64,000 nucleotides of DNA, from NCBI GenBank assembly GCA_038532305.1, contig JBCBAX010000001.1, positions 264,795 through 328,794 of the forward strand, written 5' to 3'. The notes below the pieces were generated by a model. That model saw only the letters and a list, made by a program, of their open reading frames with translations. It searched no databases and was not told the origin of the DNA. Source of the DNA: Pseudomonadota bacterium. Its GTDB lineage: Bacteria; Pseudomonadota; Alphaproteobacteria; Sphingomonadales; Sphingomonadaceae. Both the position numbers and the translations under genes were made by a program. Shown here in pieces: positions 19,401 to 28,466 of the stretch. How positions within the stretch are numbered: position 1 is the stretch's first letter; each line of letters opens with the position of its first letter.

Positions 19401-20384
19401 ATGGCGAGTCTGCAAAACCCCGAAACAATCTCTTCTGAACTTCACAGCGATAGTGCTCATTCCGAATGGCAATACCTCGATCTCATGCGGCGGATTTGGG
19501 AAGAAGGCGATGAGCGTTCTGATCGCACTGGCGTTGGAACGCGGTCTATCTGCGGGGCGCAATTGCGGTATGATCTTGCTGGCGGTGCAATGCCGCTGCT
19601 CACCACCAAGCGGGTTTACTGGAAAACAGCGACGCGCGAGATGCTTTGGTTTTTAACCGGTGAAACCAATATCCGCCCGCTAGTGCTGCAAGGGGTGAAG
19701 ATTTGGAATGAATGGCCGCATGCGCGCTATGTCAAAGAGACGGGCGATGCCATCAGCCTTGATCATTTTGTTGCGCGCATTGCCGAGGATGAGGCTTTCG
19801 CAAAGCGGTGGGGCGATCTTGGCCCCGTATATGGCAAGCAATGGGTTGATTGGCCCACTTACCGATACCGCAAAGATGGCCTGTATGAGCGCGGACCCGG
19901 CATCAATCAGGTTGCTGAGGTGGTGGAAAGCCTCAAAAACAATCCGGGCAGCCGGCGGCATATCATCGAAGGGTGGAATGTCGCCGAACTGCCCCGGATG
20001 GCGCTGCCGCCGTGTCACAAAACCTATCAGTTCCATGTGGCGGGAAGCGAGGAGAACGCGCGGCTGAATTGTCTTTTGTACCAGCGCTCTTGCGATGTCG
20101 CTTTGGGACTGCCGTTTAACCTGTGGTCAGCGGCATTGCTAACCCGAATGATGGCGGATCAAACTGGGTTGGAGCCGGGCGATCTTGTATGGATGGGCGG
20201 CGATGTGCACCTTTATCTCAACCATGCGCATCTGATCGAGGAACAACTGACTCGGCAGCCCCAAGGCAGTCCCACTCTCGCAATCACGCGAAAGCCTGAA
20301 ACAATTTTCGATTACCAGATCGAGGATTTTGAGGTGCAAGATTACGCGCCAATGCCTCCGATTAAAGCTCCTGTTGCGGTGTAG
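19401..20384 (+). CDS. thyA: Thymidylate synthase ThyA (long form)
   Basis: Contains YLDLMRRIWEEGDERSDRTGVGTRS, LPPCHKTYQF (catalytic Cys) and DVHLYLNH. An insertion after the TGETN region resembles long-form ThyA. The start at ATG 19401 is inferred. Confidence 0.9.
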   Translation: MASLQNPETISSELHSDSAHSEWQYLDLMRRIWEEGDERSDRTGVGTRSICGAQLRYDLAGGAMPLLTTKRVYWKTATREMLWFLTGETNIRPLVLQGVKIWNEWPHARYVKETGDAISLDHFVARIAEDEAFAKRWGDLGPVYGKQWVDWPTYRYRKDGLYERGPGINQVAEVVESLKNNPGSRRHIIEGWNVAELPRMALPPCHKTYQFHVAGSEENARLNCLLYQRSCDVALGLPFNLWSAALLTRMMADQTGLEPGDLVWMGGDVHLYLNHAHLIEEQLTRQPQGSPTLAITRKPETIFDYQIEDFEVQDYAPMPPIKAPVAV

Positions 20385-20455
20385 CTCACACCGCTTGACC
20401 GCGCTTTTTCGCTGCCATACCCGATGATCCCAACACCATCTTGGGAGAGCGCTTT

Positions 20456-21760
20456 ATGGCCGATCCGGCCAATCCTTCAGGTAACCGCCCGCAACTAGCC
20501 CTGCATGTGCCAGAGCCGAAGTTCCGCCCCGGCGACAAAGCGGATTTTTCTGACATTGATATCGGCGCTCCCGGCGATCAACCGCGGCCCGATGAAGCGA
20601 CCAAGCCAGAGGACATGAAAGACCTCGCCTACGGCTTGGTTCGTGTTCTGGGGGACGATAACAAGGCGCATGGGCCGTGGGATCCCAAACTTGATCCCGA
20701 TACGCTTCGCACCATGCTGGGCCATATGGCGATGGTTCGCGCCTTTGATGAACGGATGTTTCGCGGGCAGCGTCAGGGTAAAACATCGTTCTATATGAAA
20801 TGCACCGGCGAAGAGGCGACTTCGGTTGCCGCGTCCATGGCGCTGGCATCCGATGACATGGTGTTCCCATCCTACCGCCAACAAGGCATTCTGATCGCGC
20901 GCGGATATCCGTTGATTGAGATGATCAACCAGATCTATTCCAACAAAGGCGATAAGCTGAAAGGCCGCCAGCTGCCGATCATGTATTCGAGCCGGGAGCA
21001 CAGCTTTTTCTCGATCTCCGGCAACCTCGCGACGCAAACCCCGCAAGCGGTCGGTTGGGCCATGGCATCGGCCAGCAAAGGCGACAGTCGGATCGCTGCC
21101 ACATGGGTTGGCGAGGGCTCCACAGCAGAAGGCGATTTCCACAGCGCCTGCACCTTTGCGACTGTTTATAATGCACCGGTTATCCTCAATGTTATCAACA
21201 ACCAGTGGGCGATCTCCAGCTTCTCCGGTTTTGCGGGCGCCGAACGCACCACTTTTGCTGCGCGCGCTTTGGGATATGGCCTTGCTGGCCTTCGGGTTGA
21301 TGGGAATGATGCGCTGGCCTGTTATGCAGCGCAGCAATGGGCCGCGAACCGGGCAAGAGCAAACCAAGGGCCAACTTTGATCGAGTATTTCACATACCGG
21401 GCTGAGGGGCATTCCACATCGGATGATCCGTCGGGTTATCGCTCTGCGCAGGAGCAAAAGGAATGGCCGCTGGGTGATCCGATCACGCGGCTTAAAGACC
21501 ACCTAATTGCCATCGGCGAATGGGATGAAGACCGACAGGCTGCAATGGACAAAGCTTGCGCCGAGGAAGTGAAAGCCACGACCAAAGAGGCCGAGAAAAA
21601 CGGTATTCTAGGACACGGCCTGCATCATCCCTTCCACACCATGTTTGAAGACGTGTTCGAGGAACTGCCTTGGCATCTTGAAGAGCAGGCAGAACAGGCG
21701 ACCCGCGAGCGAAAAATCAAGTGGCCCGACACGCATCCCATGGATGGAGCAGGCAAATGA
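20456..21760 (+). CDS. bkdA1: Branched-chain 2-oxoacid dehydrogenase E1 alpha subunit
   Basis: TPP-binding E1 alpha signature (..GEGSTAEGDFH.., YRAEGHSTSDDPS). GGGAGAG RBS lies before ATG 20456. Confidence 0.9.
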   Translation: MADPANPSGNRPQLALHVPEPKFRPGDKADFSDIDIGAPGDQPRPDEATKPEDMKDLAYGLVRVLGDDNKAHGPWDPKLDPDTLRTMLGHMAMVRAFDERMFRGQRQGKTSFYMKCTGEEATSVAASMALASDDMVFPSYRQQGILIARGYPLIEMINQIYSNKGDKLKGRQLPIMYSSREHSFFSISGNLATQTPQAVGWAMASASKGDSRIAATWVGEGSTAEGDFHSACTFATVYNAPVILNVINNQWAISSFSGFAGAERTTFAARALGYGLAGLRVDGNDALACYAAQQWAANRARANQGPTLIEYFTYRAEGHSTSDDPSGYRSAQEQKEWPLGDPITRLKDHLIAIGEWDEDRQAAMDKACAEEVKATTKEAEKNGILGHGLHHPFHTMFEDVFEELPWHLEEQAEQATRERKIKWPDTHPMDGAGK

Positions 21761-22833
21761 ACGCTCAAACGAATACTCCGGCGCCAGTTGAAGGTGACGC
21801 CCAAGATACCCCGACGGTAAGTCGCAGGATCAACATGATCGAGGCGATCAACGAAGCGCTCAATGTGATGCTGGAACGCGATGATGATGTGATCGTGATG
21901 GGCGAGGATGTCGGTTATTTTGGCGGGGTGTTCCGCTGCACCGCCGGGCTTCAAGAAAAGCACGGAAAAACCCGCGTTTTCGATACGCCTATTTCGGAAT
22001 GCGGGATTATCGGTGTTGCCGTGGGTATGGGAGCATATGGCCTTCGCCCGGTGCCCGAAATTCAGTTTGCCGACTATATCTATCCCGGCCTTGATCAGCT
22101 GATTTCGGAAGCCGCGCGCCTGCGTTATCGCTCGGCCACAGAATACATCGCGCCGATGACGGTCCGATCCCCCTTTGGCGGCGGGATTTTTGGCGGGCAA
22201 ACGCACTCGCAATCGCCTGAAAGCCTTTTCACACATGTGGCCGGTTTGAAAACGGTAATCCCGGCAACGCCTCATGATGCGAAGGGTCTGCTGATTGCGG
22301 CGATCGAAGACAACGATCCCGTAATCTTCTTCGAGCCAAAACGCATCTATAATGGGCCCTTCACAGGCTATTACGATAGCCCTGTCGAGCCGTGGAAGAA
22401 ACATCCGGACGCGCACGTTCCTGAAGGATACTACAAAATCCCACTGGGCAAAGCGCGTGCAGTGACCGAAGGCGATGCCCTAACTGTACTTGCGTATGGC
22501 ACGATGGTTCATGTCGCTGAGGCGGTTTGTGCGAAAAAGGGCGTGGAGGCTGATATCCTCGACCTACGCACGCTGGTGCCGCTCGATATTGAAGCGATTG
22601 AGGCTTCGGTGAAGAAAACGGGTCGCTGCTTGATTGTGCATGAGGCGACCCGAACATCTGGGTTTGGCGCGGAATTGTCTGCCCTCGTCACGGAACGCTG
22701 TTTCTACCATCTCGAAGCTCCGGTTGAACGCGTGACTGGCTTTGACACTCCCTATCCCCACAGCCTTGAATGGGCGTATTTTCCCGGCCCTGTCCGCATT
22801 GGCGAGGCCATCGACAAGATTTTGAGCGAGTAA
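21757..22833 (+). CDS. bkdA2: Branched-chain 2-oxoacid dehydrogenase E1 beta subunit
   Basis: Transketolase-like pyrimidine-binding and C-terminal domains (MGEDVGYFGGVFRCT.., FDTPISE). Its ATG overlaps the E1 alpha stop (ATGA at 21757-21760). Confidence 0.9.
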   Translation: MNAQTNTPAPVEGDAQDTPTVSRRINMIEAINEALNVMLERDDDVIVMGEDVGYFGGVFRCTAGLQEKHGKTRVFDTPISECGIIGVAVGMGAYGLRPVPEIQFADYIYPGLDQLISEAARLRYRSATEYIAPMTVRSPFGGGIFGGQTHSQSPESLFTHVAGLKTVIPATPHDAKGLLIAAIEDNDPVIFFEPKRIYNGPFTGYYDSPVEPWKKHPDAHVPEGYYKIPLGKARAVTEGDALTVLAYGTMVHVAEAVCAKKGVEADILDLRTLVPLDIEAIEASVKKTGRCLIVHEATRTSGFGAELSALVTERCFYHLEAPVERVTGFDTPYPHSLEWAYFPGPVRIGEAIDKILSE

Positions 22834-22838
22834 CATCC

Positions 22839-24146
22839 ATGGCGAAATTCACATTCAACATGCCCGATGTGGGCGAGGGCGTGGCAGAGGCCGAGATTGT
22901 CGAATGGCACGTAGCTGTTGGCGATCAGGTCGAAGAAGATCAGCACCTCGTCGATGTGATGACGGATAAGGCAACGATTGATATCGAAAGCCCTGTTACT
23001 GGCACTGTGACGGAGGTTGCAGGCGAGCTTGGTGATGTGGTGGCTGTTGGCTCCATGCTGCTGGTGATTGAGGTTGAGGGGGAAGATGGCAAGGAAGATG
23101 CAGCCGCAGAAGCAGACGCCAAACCCGCGCCTGACGTTAAAGAGCCCAAACCCGAACCCGTTAACTCTGAGCCGGTGGCGCAAAGCGCCGTCTCCGAGCC
23201 CGAAGCACCTGCGCCAAAGGATGCAAGCTCAGAGAACGAAATACGACCTACGACAAGCTCAGGACGAACGGGGGGTAAGGTATTGGCCACTCCCGCCGTT
23301 CGTCAACGCGCAAAAGACCTTGGCATTGACCTTTCCGAGGTGAAACCCGCCGCTGATGGCCGCGTACGCCACGCTGATCTCGATCAATTCCTCGCGTACA
23401 ATGCCGGTGGAGGATTTTCGCCAGCTGGCACAAAGCGCGAAGATGAAGCGGTTAAAGTCATCGGCCTTCGCAAACGCATTGCGCAAAATATGGCTGCATC
23501 CAAGCGTCACATCCCGCACTTCACCTACGTCGAAGAATGCGATGTGACCGAGCTTGAGGTGATGCGCGCGAATTTGAACGCAGCGCGCGGTAATAAGCCA
23601 AAGCTTACCATGCTGCCTCTGCTTATTGCGGCGACAACTCGGCTGATCCCGCAATTCCCGATGATTAATGCGCGCTATGATGATGAGGCAGGCGTGGTGA
23701 CGCGGTATGGCGCTGTGCATCTGGGCATGGCGGCGCAAACGGATAGCGGCTTGATCGTGCCCGTTATCAAAAACGCTGAAAGCCGCAATCTGTGGCAGCT
23801 CGCAAGCGAAATTGGTCGTTTGGCAAATGCCGCGCGTGATGGATCGGCAAGATCGGATGAATTGTCAGGCTCTACGCTCACCATCACATCATTGGGCCCG
23901 CTTGGGGGAGTTGCCACCACTCCCGTCATCAACCGGCCGGAAGTCGCTATTATTGGACCCAACCGAATTATCGAACGCCCGATGTTCGCGACCGGTGCTG
24001 ATGGAGTGGAGCGGATTGAGAAGCGCAAGCTGATGAATATCTCCATTTCCTGCGATCACAGGGTTGTCGATGGCTATGATGCGGCAAGCTTTATTCAGGA
24101 GATGAAAAAGCTGATTGAGACGCCTGTTTTGCTGCTGTCGGATTAA
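22839..24146 (+). CDS. bkdB: Dihydrolipoamide acyltransferase E2 of the branched-chain complex
   Basis: N-terminal lipoyl domain (MPDVGEGVAEAEIVEW..DVMTDKATIDIESP), a Pro/Glu/Ala linker, a subunit-binding domain, and a catalytic domain ending SCDHRVVDG. Confidence 0.9.
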   Translation: MAKFTFNMPDVGEGVAEAEIVEWHVAVGDQVEEDQHLVDVMTDKATIDIESPVTGTVTEVAGELGDVVAVGSMLLVIEVEGEDGKEDAAAEADAKPAPDVKEPKPEPVNSEPVAQSAVSEPEAPAPKDASSENEIRPTTSSGRTGGKVLATPAVRQRAKDLGIDLSEVKPAADGRVRHADLDQFLAYNAGGGFSPAGTKREDEAVKVIGLRKRIAQNMAASKRHIPHFTYVEECDVTELEVMRANLNAARGNKPKLTMLPLLIAATTRLIPQFPMINARYDDEAGVVTRYGAVHLGMAAQTDSGLIVPVIKNAESRNLWQLASEIGRLANAARDGSARSDELSGSTLTITSLGPLGGVATTPVINRPEVAIIGPNRIIERPMFATGADGVERIEKRKLMNISISCDHRVVDGYDAASFIQEMKKLIETPVLLLSD

Positions 24147-24234
24147 TTTTTGAAGGATTGATGGGAGGAGCGTTGACAGCCTCATTCCTGCGGCCTAATG
24201 GCCTCCCTCCCAAGCGGTTCGTAACCGCTTATAC

Positions 24235-24311
<77 letters not shown>

Positions 24312-24359
24312 TTTTCCTACTCTATAAAGTACAGGTAATGGCGCGCATTCCATGCAGCG

Positions 24360-24605
24360 CTACTGTTCTTGCTCGTCCTTTGATGGCGCTGACCATTTGC
24401 CTGTTTCCATCCAGATGAGAAAATTGCGCAAGGGCAACAGCCACAGCAGCCCAAGGATGACGTAAACGATGGTTTGCGCAGCGCCCGGCCAATCTCCGAT
24501 CAGATCAGGGGCGTAGCGGGCGATGATAATGGCATAGACCATCAGAGCGATGAAAAGGCCGATAATACCAGCAGGAATTCGCCAGGTTGGAGTTTCGCGC
24601 ATCAA
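24360..24605 (-). CDS. DUF2842-like small membrane protein
   Basis: 81-aa ORF with two TMs and a LWLLPLRNFLIWMETG tail, in the usual alphaproteobacterial position next to the 5-formyl-THF cyclo-ligase gene. Confidence 0.55.
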   Translation of the reverse strand: MMRETPTWRIPAGIIGLFIALMVYAIIIARYAPDLIGDWPGAAQTIVYVILGLLWLLPLRNFLIWMETGKWSAPSKDEQEQ

Positions 24606-24614
24606 TGCAGTCTT

Positions 24615-25190
24615 TCAATCAAGTCCATAAAGCCGAGTTGGCGTGACAACAGCATCCAGCGTCACATCATGCGGTTCTGTTGGGATATGCTCAAGCAGCT
24701 GTACATCCCATGCCATCCCAATGGTCATTGCCTTGGGATGTTCCGCAAGCCAGCGATCATAATGCCCGCCCCCTTGGCCAAGTCTGTCACCGCTGGCAGT
24801 GAAGCCGATCAGAGGCACGAATAAAATGTCAGGAGTAACAGGGGCCGCACCGATGCTTGGCTGCCTGATATCGTAGGGACCGTTTGTGAGATCGGTCTCT
24901 TCAATCGGATCGGTGTGCTGAAGAAATGTCATCGGCGCATTGCGCGTGGCGAAATGGGGAAGGGCGATTGTGTGCCCCTCTTCGGCAAAGAAACGGGCAT
25001 ACCCATTTGCAGGCGCCTCGGCGCTCTCAGCGCGATAAAGTCCGATAGTGGCTTGCGGCTCAATATGAGTGAGAAGCGGGCGCGGCGGGCGGTTGAACAA
25101 AAGACCGCGCACACTTTCGGGTTGGGCTTCCACATGCTCTTTGCGAGTGGAGCGCAGGATTTTGCGCAAGGCATTCTTTGTGGCGCTCAT
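24615..25190 (-). CDS. 5-formyltetrahydrofolate cyclo-ligase
   Basis: Contains ..DILFVPLIGFTASGDRLGQGGGHYDRWL.. typical of MTHFS/YgfA. The start is taken at MSATKNALRKILR (25190). The upstream ORF extension lies over the 6S candidate. Confidence 0.8.
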   Translation of the reverse strand: MSATKNALRKILRSTRKEHVEAQPESVRGLLFNRPPRPLLTHIEPQATIGLYRAESAEAPANGYARFFAEEGHTIALPHFATRNAPMTFLQHTDPIEETDLTNGPYDIRQPSIGAAPVTPDILFVPLIGFTASGDRLGQGGGHYDRWLAEHPKAMTIGMAWDVQLLEHIPTEPHDVTLDAVVTPTRLYGLD

Positions 25191-25311
25191 ACTATTGGAT
25201 CCCAATCGACCCGTCAGGATCGCAGCAGCGACTGCCCGTCCACAGGCCCACAGCGAAGCGGAGGAACAGTGCCGAGTACGCACCAACGGATGTTGGCGCG
25301 CAAAACAGATA

Positions 25312-25488
25312 AGGCGACGGGACCACCATGGGTCGTTTGCACGGAAATCCTCTGACGCGAAAACGTCAGGTGGGCGCCGTATACTCTAGTCCCCAGGACG
25401 AACCCGTAAACTAAAACAGGGACAGCTCCCGTAGGAATGCTTATAGCCTCAGGGATATTCGATCGGCTCGTTCCGGGCAGCCCCGCCA
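25312..25488 (-). ncRNA. ssrS: Candidate 6S RNA (ssrS); ends approximate
   Basis: Occupies the 306-nt ORF-poor gap between zapA and the cyclo-ligase gene, the same order as E. coli zapA-ssrS-ygfA. The RNA-sense segment CCCUGAGGCUAUAAGCAUUCC resembles E. coli 6S CCCUGAGCCGAUAUUUCAUACC. An 11-bp closing helix joins GCGGGGCUGCC (25486-25476) to GGUGGUCCCGU (25327-25317), and CCCUGAG can pair with CGUCAGAGG. Folded by hand only. Confidence 0.55.
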
Positions 25489-25496
25489 ACCGCTAC

Positions 25497-25970
25497 TTAG
25501 GCGTCTGCATTGCCCGCTTCAAGCGCATCGGCAGCAGCTTCAGCGCGAGCTGCAAGCATTTCGAGCTTTTTGATCAGCTCAGCGTCGCCCTCGCCTGGAA
25601 TTCTGAGCAGTTTATCAGGCTGTCCGGCCGCCCCTCGCAATTGTTCAAGTTCTTCTGTCAACGCAGTGTTCGCACCGCGCAGAAGTTTGATTTCAGCCTT
25701 CAGCTCAGCTTTTTTGCCGCTGACCTCAAGTTTCTCAGGAACATTGATTTCCCGGCCAGGATCGGATTGTTTGCTCTTCTCGGAAAGCTCATCGGCCAAC
25801 AGCAAAGCTGTAAAAACCAAATTTTGAGATTCACGCGCCGTTCGCGCCTTACCAAGTTGATTGTACTTGTCGCTAATCAACTGGGCGAGCCTTTCAACCT
25901 GAGCCTCTTCACCGTCACCGCAAGTGACTGGGTAAGTGCGCGGTCCGATGGTCAAATTGACCGTACTCAT
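25497..25970 (-). CDS. zapA: Cell-division protein ZapA
   Basis: N-terminus VNLTIGPRTYPVTCGDGEEAQVERLAQLI.. followed by a coiled-coil tail, as in the long alphaproteobacterial ZapA form. Confidence 0.8.
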   Translation of the reverse strand: MSTVNLTIGPRTYPVTCGDGEEAQVERLAQLISDKYNQLGKARTARESQNLVFTALLLADELSEKSKQSDPGREINVPEKLEVSGKKAELKAEIKLLRGANTALTEELEQLRGAAGQPDKLLRIPGEGDAELIKKLEMLAARAEAAADALEAGNADA

Positions 25971-26248
25971 GGCCCATGCTCTTCAATAAGAAGATCAAGT
26001 TTGCGAATGGTTTCTGCCACTTCTTCGCGCAGCACTTCGTGGCGATTTACGAGGGCAGAAACTCTGTCAGTGGATGTTTCCTGCGCTGATCTTTCATTGG
26101 CGTGCAAAGCGTGAGAGCGCTTTTGCGCTTCGTCTATTCGCACCAAAGCCCTCTCTAGCCGAGCGAGTGCACTTTCAATCGGGCCGTCTCCCATGTCACG
26201 AAGATTACCAAGGTTGATTCCGGGAGGCAAAGAATGGAGGCGAGGCAA
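25967..26248 (-). CDS. DUF4164-like coiled-coil protein
   Basis: Small coiled-coil ORF overlapping the zapA start by 4 nt, in the conserved position upstream of zapA. The true start may be the internal Met at 26194. Confidence 0.55.
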   Translation of the reverse strand: MPRLHSLPPGINLGNLRDMGDGPIESALARLERALVRIDEAQKRSHALHANERSAQETSTDRVSALVNRHEVLREEVAETIRKLDLLIEEHGP

Positions 26249-26459
26249 GGGCTTGCGACTGTTGATAAGTCGTTAGAGTTCACCATGAAGTTTGGATCGA
26301 TGCGACTGTTGGTTGACCTATTTCAGCGGCTCAGCAATGGCAGTCGCGAAAGCCGAATCGCCCAGTTATCGCGGCTCAACGCACGATTTCACTGCGGTCT
26401 CGCTAATGTACTGAAAAGCCCCGTGACACGCTGGGGTTGAATAGGAGTGGTTATTCCGC

Positions 26460-28439
26460 ATGCCAATTGATGTAGCTCGCCTTCAACCCATGGCAAACGC
26501 CATTCGCGCATTGTCGATGGACGCTGTCCAAGCTGCTAATTCTGGCCATCCTGGCATGCCGATGGGCATGGCGGATGTGGCAACAGTGCTGTTCGATGGA
26601 CACTTAAAGTTCGATCCTGCGAGGCCAGACTGGGCTGATAGAGACAGGTTTGTGCTTTCGGCAGGGCACGGTTCCATGCTGATCTACAGCCTCCTGCATC
26701 TCACCGGATATGCGAAGCCCACAATGGAAGATATCCGTAGCTTCCGTCAGTTGGGCAGTCCGTGTGCAGGACATCCAGAAAATTTCCTGCTTGAAGGGGT
26801 GGAATGCACCGCGGGGCCTTTGGGCCAAGGGCTTGCTATGGCTGTCGGCATGGCCATGGCAGAACGGCATTTAAATGCTGTGTTTGGAGATGATCTGGTT
26901 GGTCACCGCACTTGGGTGATCGCCGGTGATGGTTGCCTAATGGAAGGTATCAATCACGAAGCGATCGGACTTGCAGGACATTTGAACCTTGGTGGGCTTA
27001 ATGTCCTTTGGGATGACAATCGCATCACGATTGATGGGGCAACAGACCTTTCTACTTCCGAGGATGTGAAAGCACGTTACACTGCGACAGGTTGGCATGT
27101 TTGCGAATGCGATGGTCATGACTTTGAGGATATTGAGCGTGCCATCAACGAAGCCAAAGCTGACCCGCGTCCGTCTCTGATCGCCTGTCGGACTGTCATT
27201 GGTAAGGGGGCCCCCACAAAACAAGGCACGAGCGCAACGCATGGCGCACCGCTTGGTCCGGATGAGATCGCTGGCGCTCGCGAAGCGCTGGGCTGGCATG
27301 CGGAACCATTCACCTTACCCGGCGAGATTCTGGCCAATTGGCGGGCTTGCGGAGAAAATGGACGCACAGCGCATGGAGAATGGGCCGCACGTCTTGCGAC
27401 ATCCTCTCACAGAAGCGAATTTGAGCGCCGCATGGCGGGTGAGCTACCTGCAAGCGATGCCAGCCAAGAATACATCGCATCGCTGATCAAAGATCCGGTG
27501 AAGGTGGCGACGCGCAAGGCCAGCGAAATGACCTTGGTGCAAATGAACCCATTGGTGCCTGAAATGATTGGCGGCAGCGCGGACCTTACTGGGTCCAATA
27601 ATACAAAAGCGGGCGGGATCGAGCCGTTTACGGCAGACGATTATTCGGGTCGCTATGTTTACTACGGCATTCGCGAATTCGGTATGGCCGCAGCAATGAA
27701 TGGGATGGCGCTGCACGGCGGCGTGATTCCTTATGGCGGTACATTTCTTGTCTTTACTGATTATGCGCGCGGCGCGATCCGATTGTCAGCCATCCAAGAG
27801 ACACGTGTTATCTACGTTATGACACACGACAGCATTGGCCTTGGTGAGGATGGTCCAACCCATCAGCCTGTCGAGCACATTGCCTCGCTTCGTGCGATGC
27901 CGAATGTCCTTGTCTTCCGTCCTGGTGATGCGGTTGAGACGGCAGAATGTTGGGCGGCAGCACTCAAAGAGAAGCATCGACCATCTATACTGGCTTTGTC
28001 GCGCCAAGGTTTGCCTCAGTTTCGGCTTTCTGAGGAAGCAGAGAACTTATCGCATAAAGGTGGCTACCGTGTTCGAAGTGCTACATCGCCGCGCAAAGTG
28101 GTTCTAATCGCCACAGGTTCTGAAGTAAGCCTTGCACTTGAATGCGCAGAAGCGCTTGAGGCGCAAAGTATTGGCGCTGATGTTGTGTCTATGGTGTGTG
28201 CGGATCTGTTCGATGAGCAGGATGATGCATACAAACAGGACATTATTCCTGGCGGCGCACTTAAGGTGTCAATTGAAGCGGGCACGACTTTCGGATGGGA
28301 GCGCTACACCGGATTAAAGGGTCTGAATATCGGAATAGACAGCTTCGGTGCCTCAGCACCTGCTAGTGACCTATTTGATCATTTCGGTTTCACTGCGGAC
28401 AAAATCGTTCCGCAGATCCTTTCAAAGCTATCCAACTAA
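26460..28439 (+). CDS. tkt: Transketolase
   Basis: 659-aa ORF with ANSGHPGMPMGMA, GDGCLMEGI (TPP motif) and THDSIGLGEDGPTHQP. Confidence 0.95.
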   Translation: MPIDVARLQPMANAIRALSMDAVQAANSGHPGMPMGMADVATVLFDGHLKFDPARPDWADRDRFVLSAGHGSMLIYSLLHLTGYAKPTMEDIRSFRQLGSPCAGHPENFLLEGVECTAGPLGQGLAMAVGMAMAERHLNAVFGDDLVGHRTWVIAGDGCLMEGINHEAIGLAGHLNLGGLNVLWDDNRITIDGATDLSTSEDVKARYTATGWHVCECDGHDFEDIERAINEAKADPRPSLIACRTVIGKGAPTKQGTSATHGAPLGPDEIAGAREALGWHAEPFTLPGEILANWRACGENGRTAHGEWAARLATSSHRSEFERRMAGELPASDASQEYIASLIKDPVKVATRKASEMTLVQMNPLVPEMIGGSADLTGSNNTKAGGIEPFTADDYSGRYVYYGIREFGMAAAMNGMALHGGVIPYGGTFLVFTDYARGAIRLSAIQETRVIYVMTHDSIGLGEDGPTHQPVEHIASLRAMPNVLVFRPGDAVETAECWAAALKEKHRPSILALSRQGLPQFRLSEEAENLSHKGGYRVRSATSPRKVVLIATGSEVSLALECAEALEAQSIGADVVSMVCADLFDEQDDAYKQDIIPGGALKVSIEAGTTFGWERYTGLKGLNIGIDSFGASAPASDLFDHFGFTADKIVPQILSKLSN

Positions 28440-28466
28440 ATTAGAATACAATCAGGAGTTCTTCAC

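Noticed and set aside
20495-21502. 335-aa ORF antisense to the E1 alpha gene. Similar long antisense ORFs occur at 21625-22416, 37861-38643, 38650-39345, 53238-53879, 56588-57589 and 58053-58829.
   Set aside because: All lie fully inside well-supported genes on the opposite strand. Their translations are Arg/His/Pro-rich, low-complexity sequence with no motifs. These are typical shadow ORFs of moderately GC-rich DNA.
25351-25369. Local hairpin ctgacg-ttttcg-cgtcag that looks like a small terminator.
   Set aside because: It lies inside the candidate 6S RNA, and its 3' arm pairs alternatively with the conserved CCCUGAG segment. I treated it as part of that RNA rather than as a separate terminator.
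26234-26440. 68-aa ORF filling the DUF4164-tkt divergent intergenic region.
   Set aside because: It has no RBS, uses several codons that are rare in the neighbouring genes (agg, tta, cta, cga) and has no recognisable motif. The region is more likely the shared promoter region.
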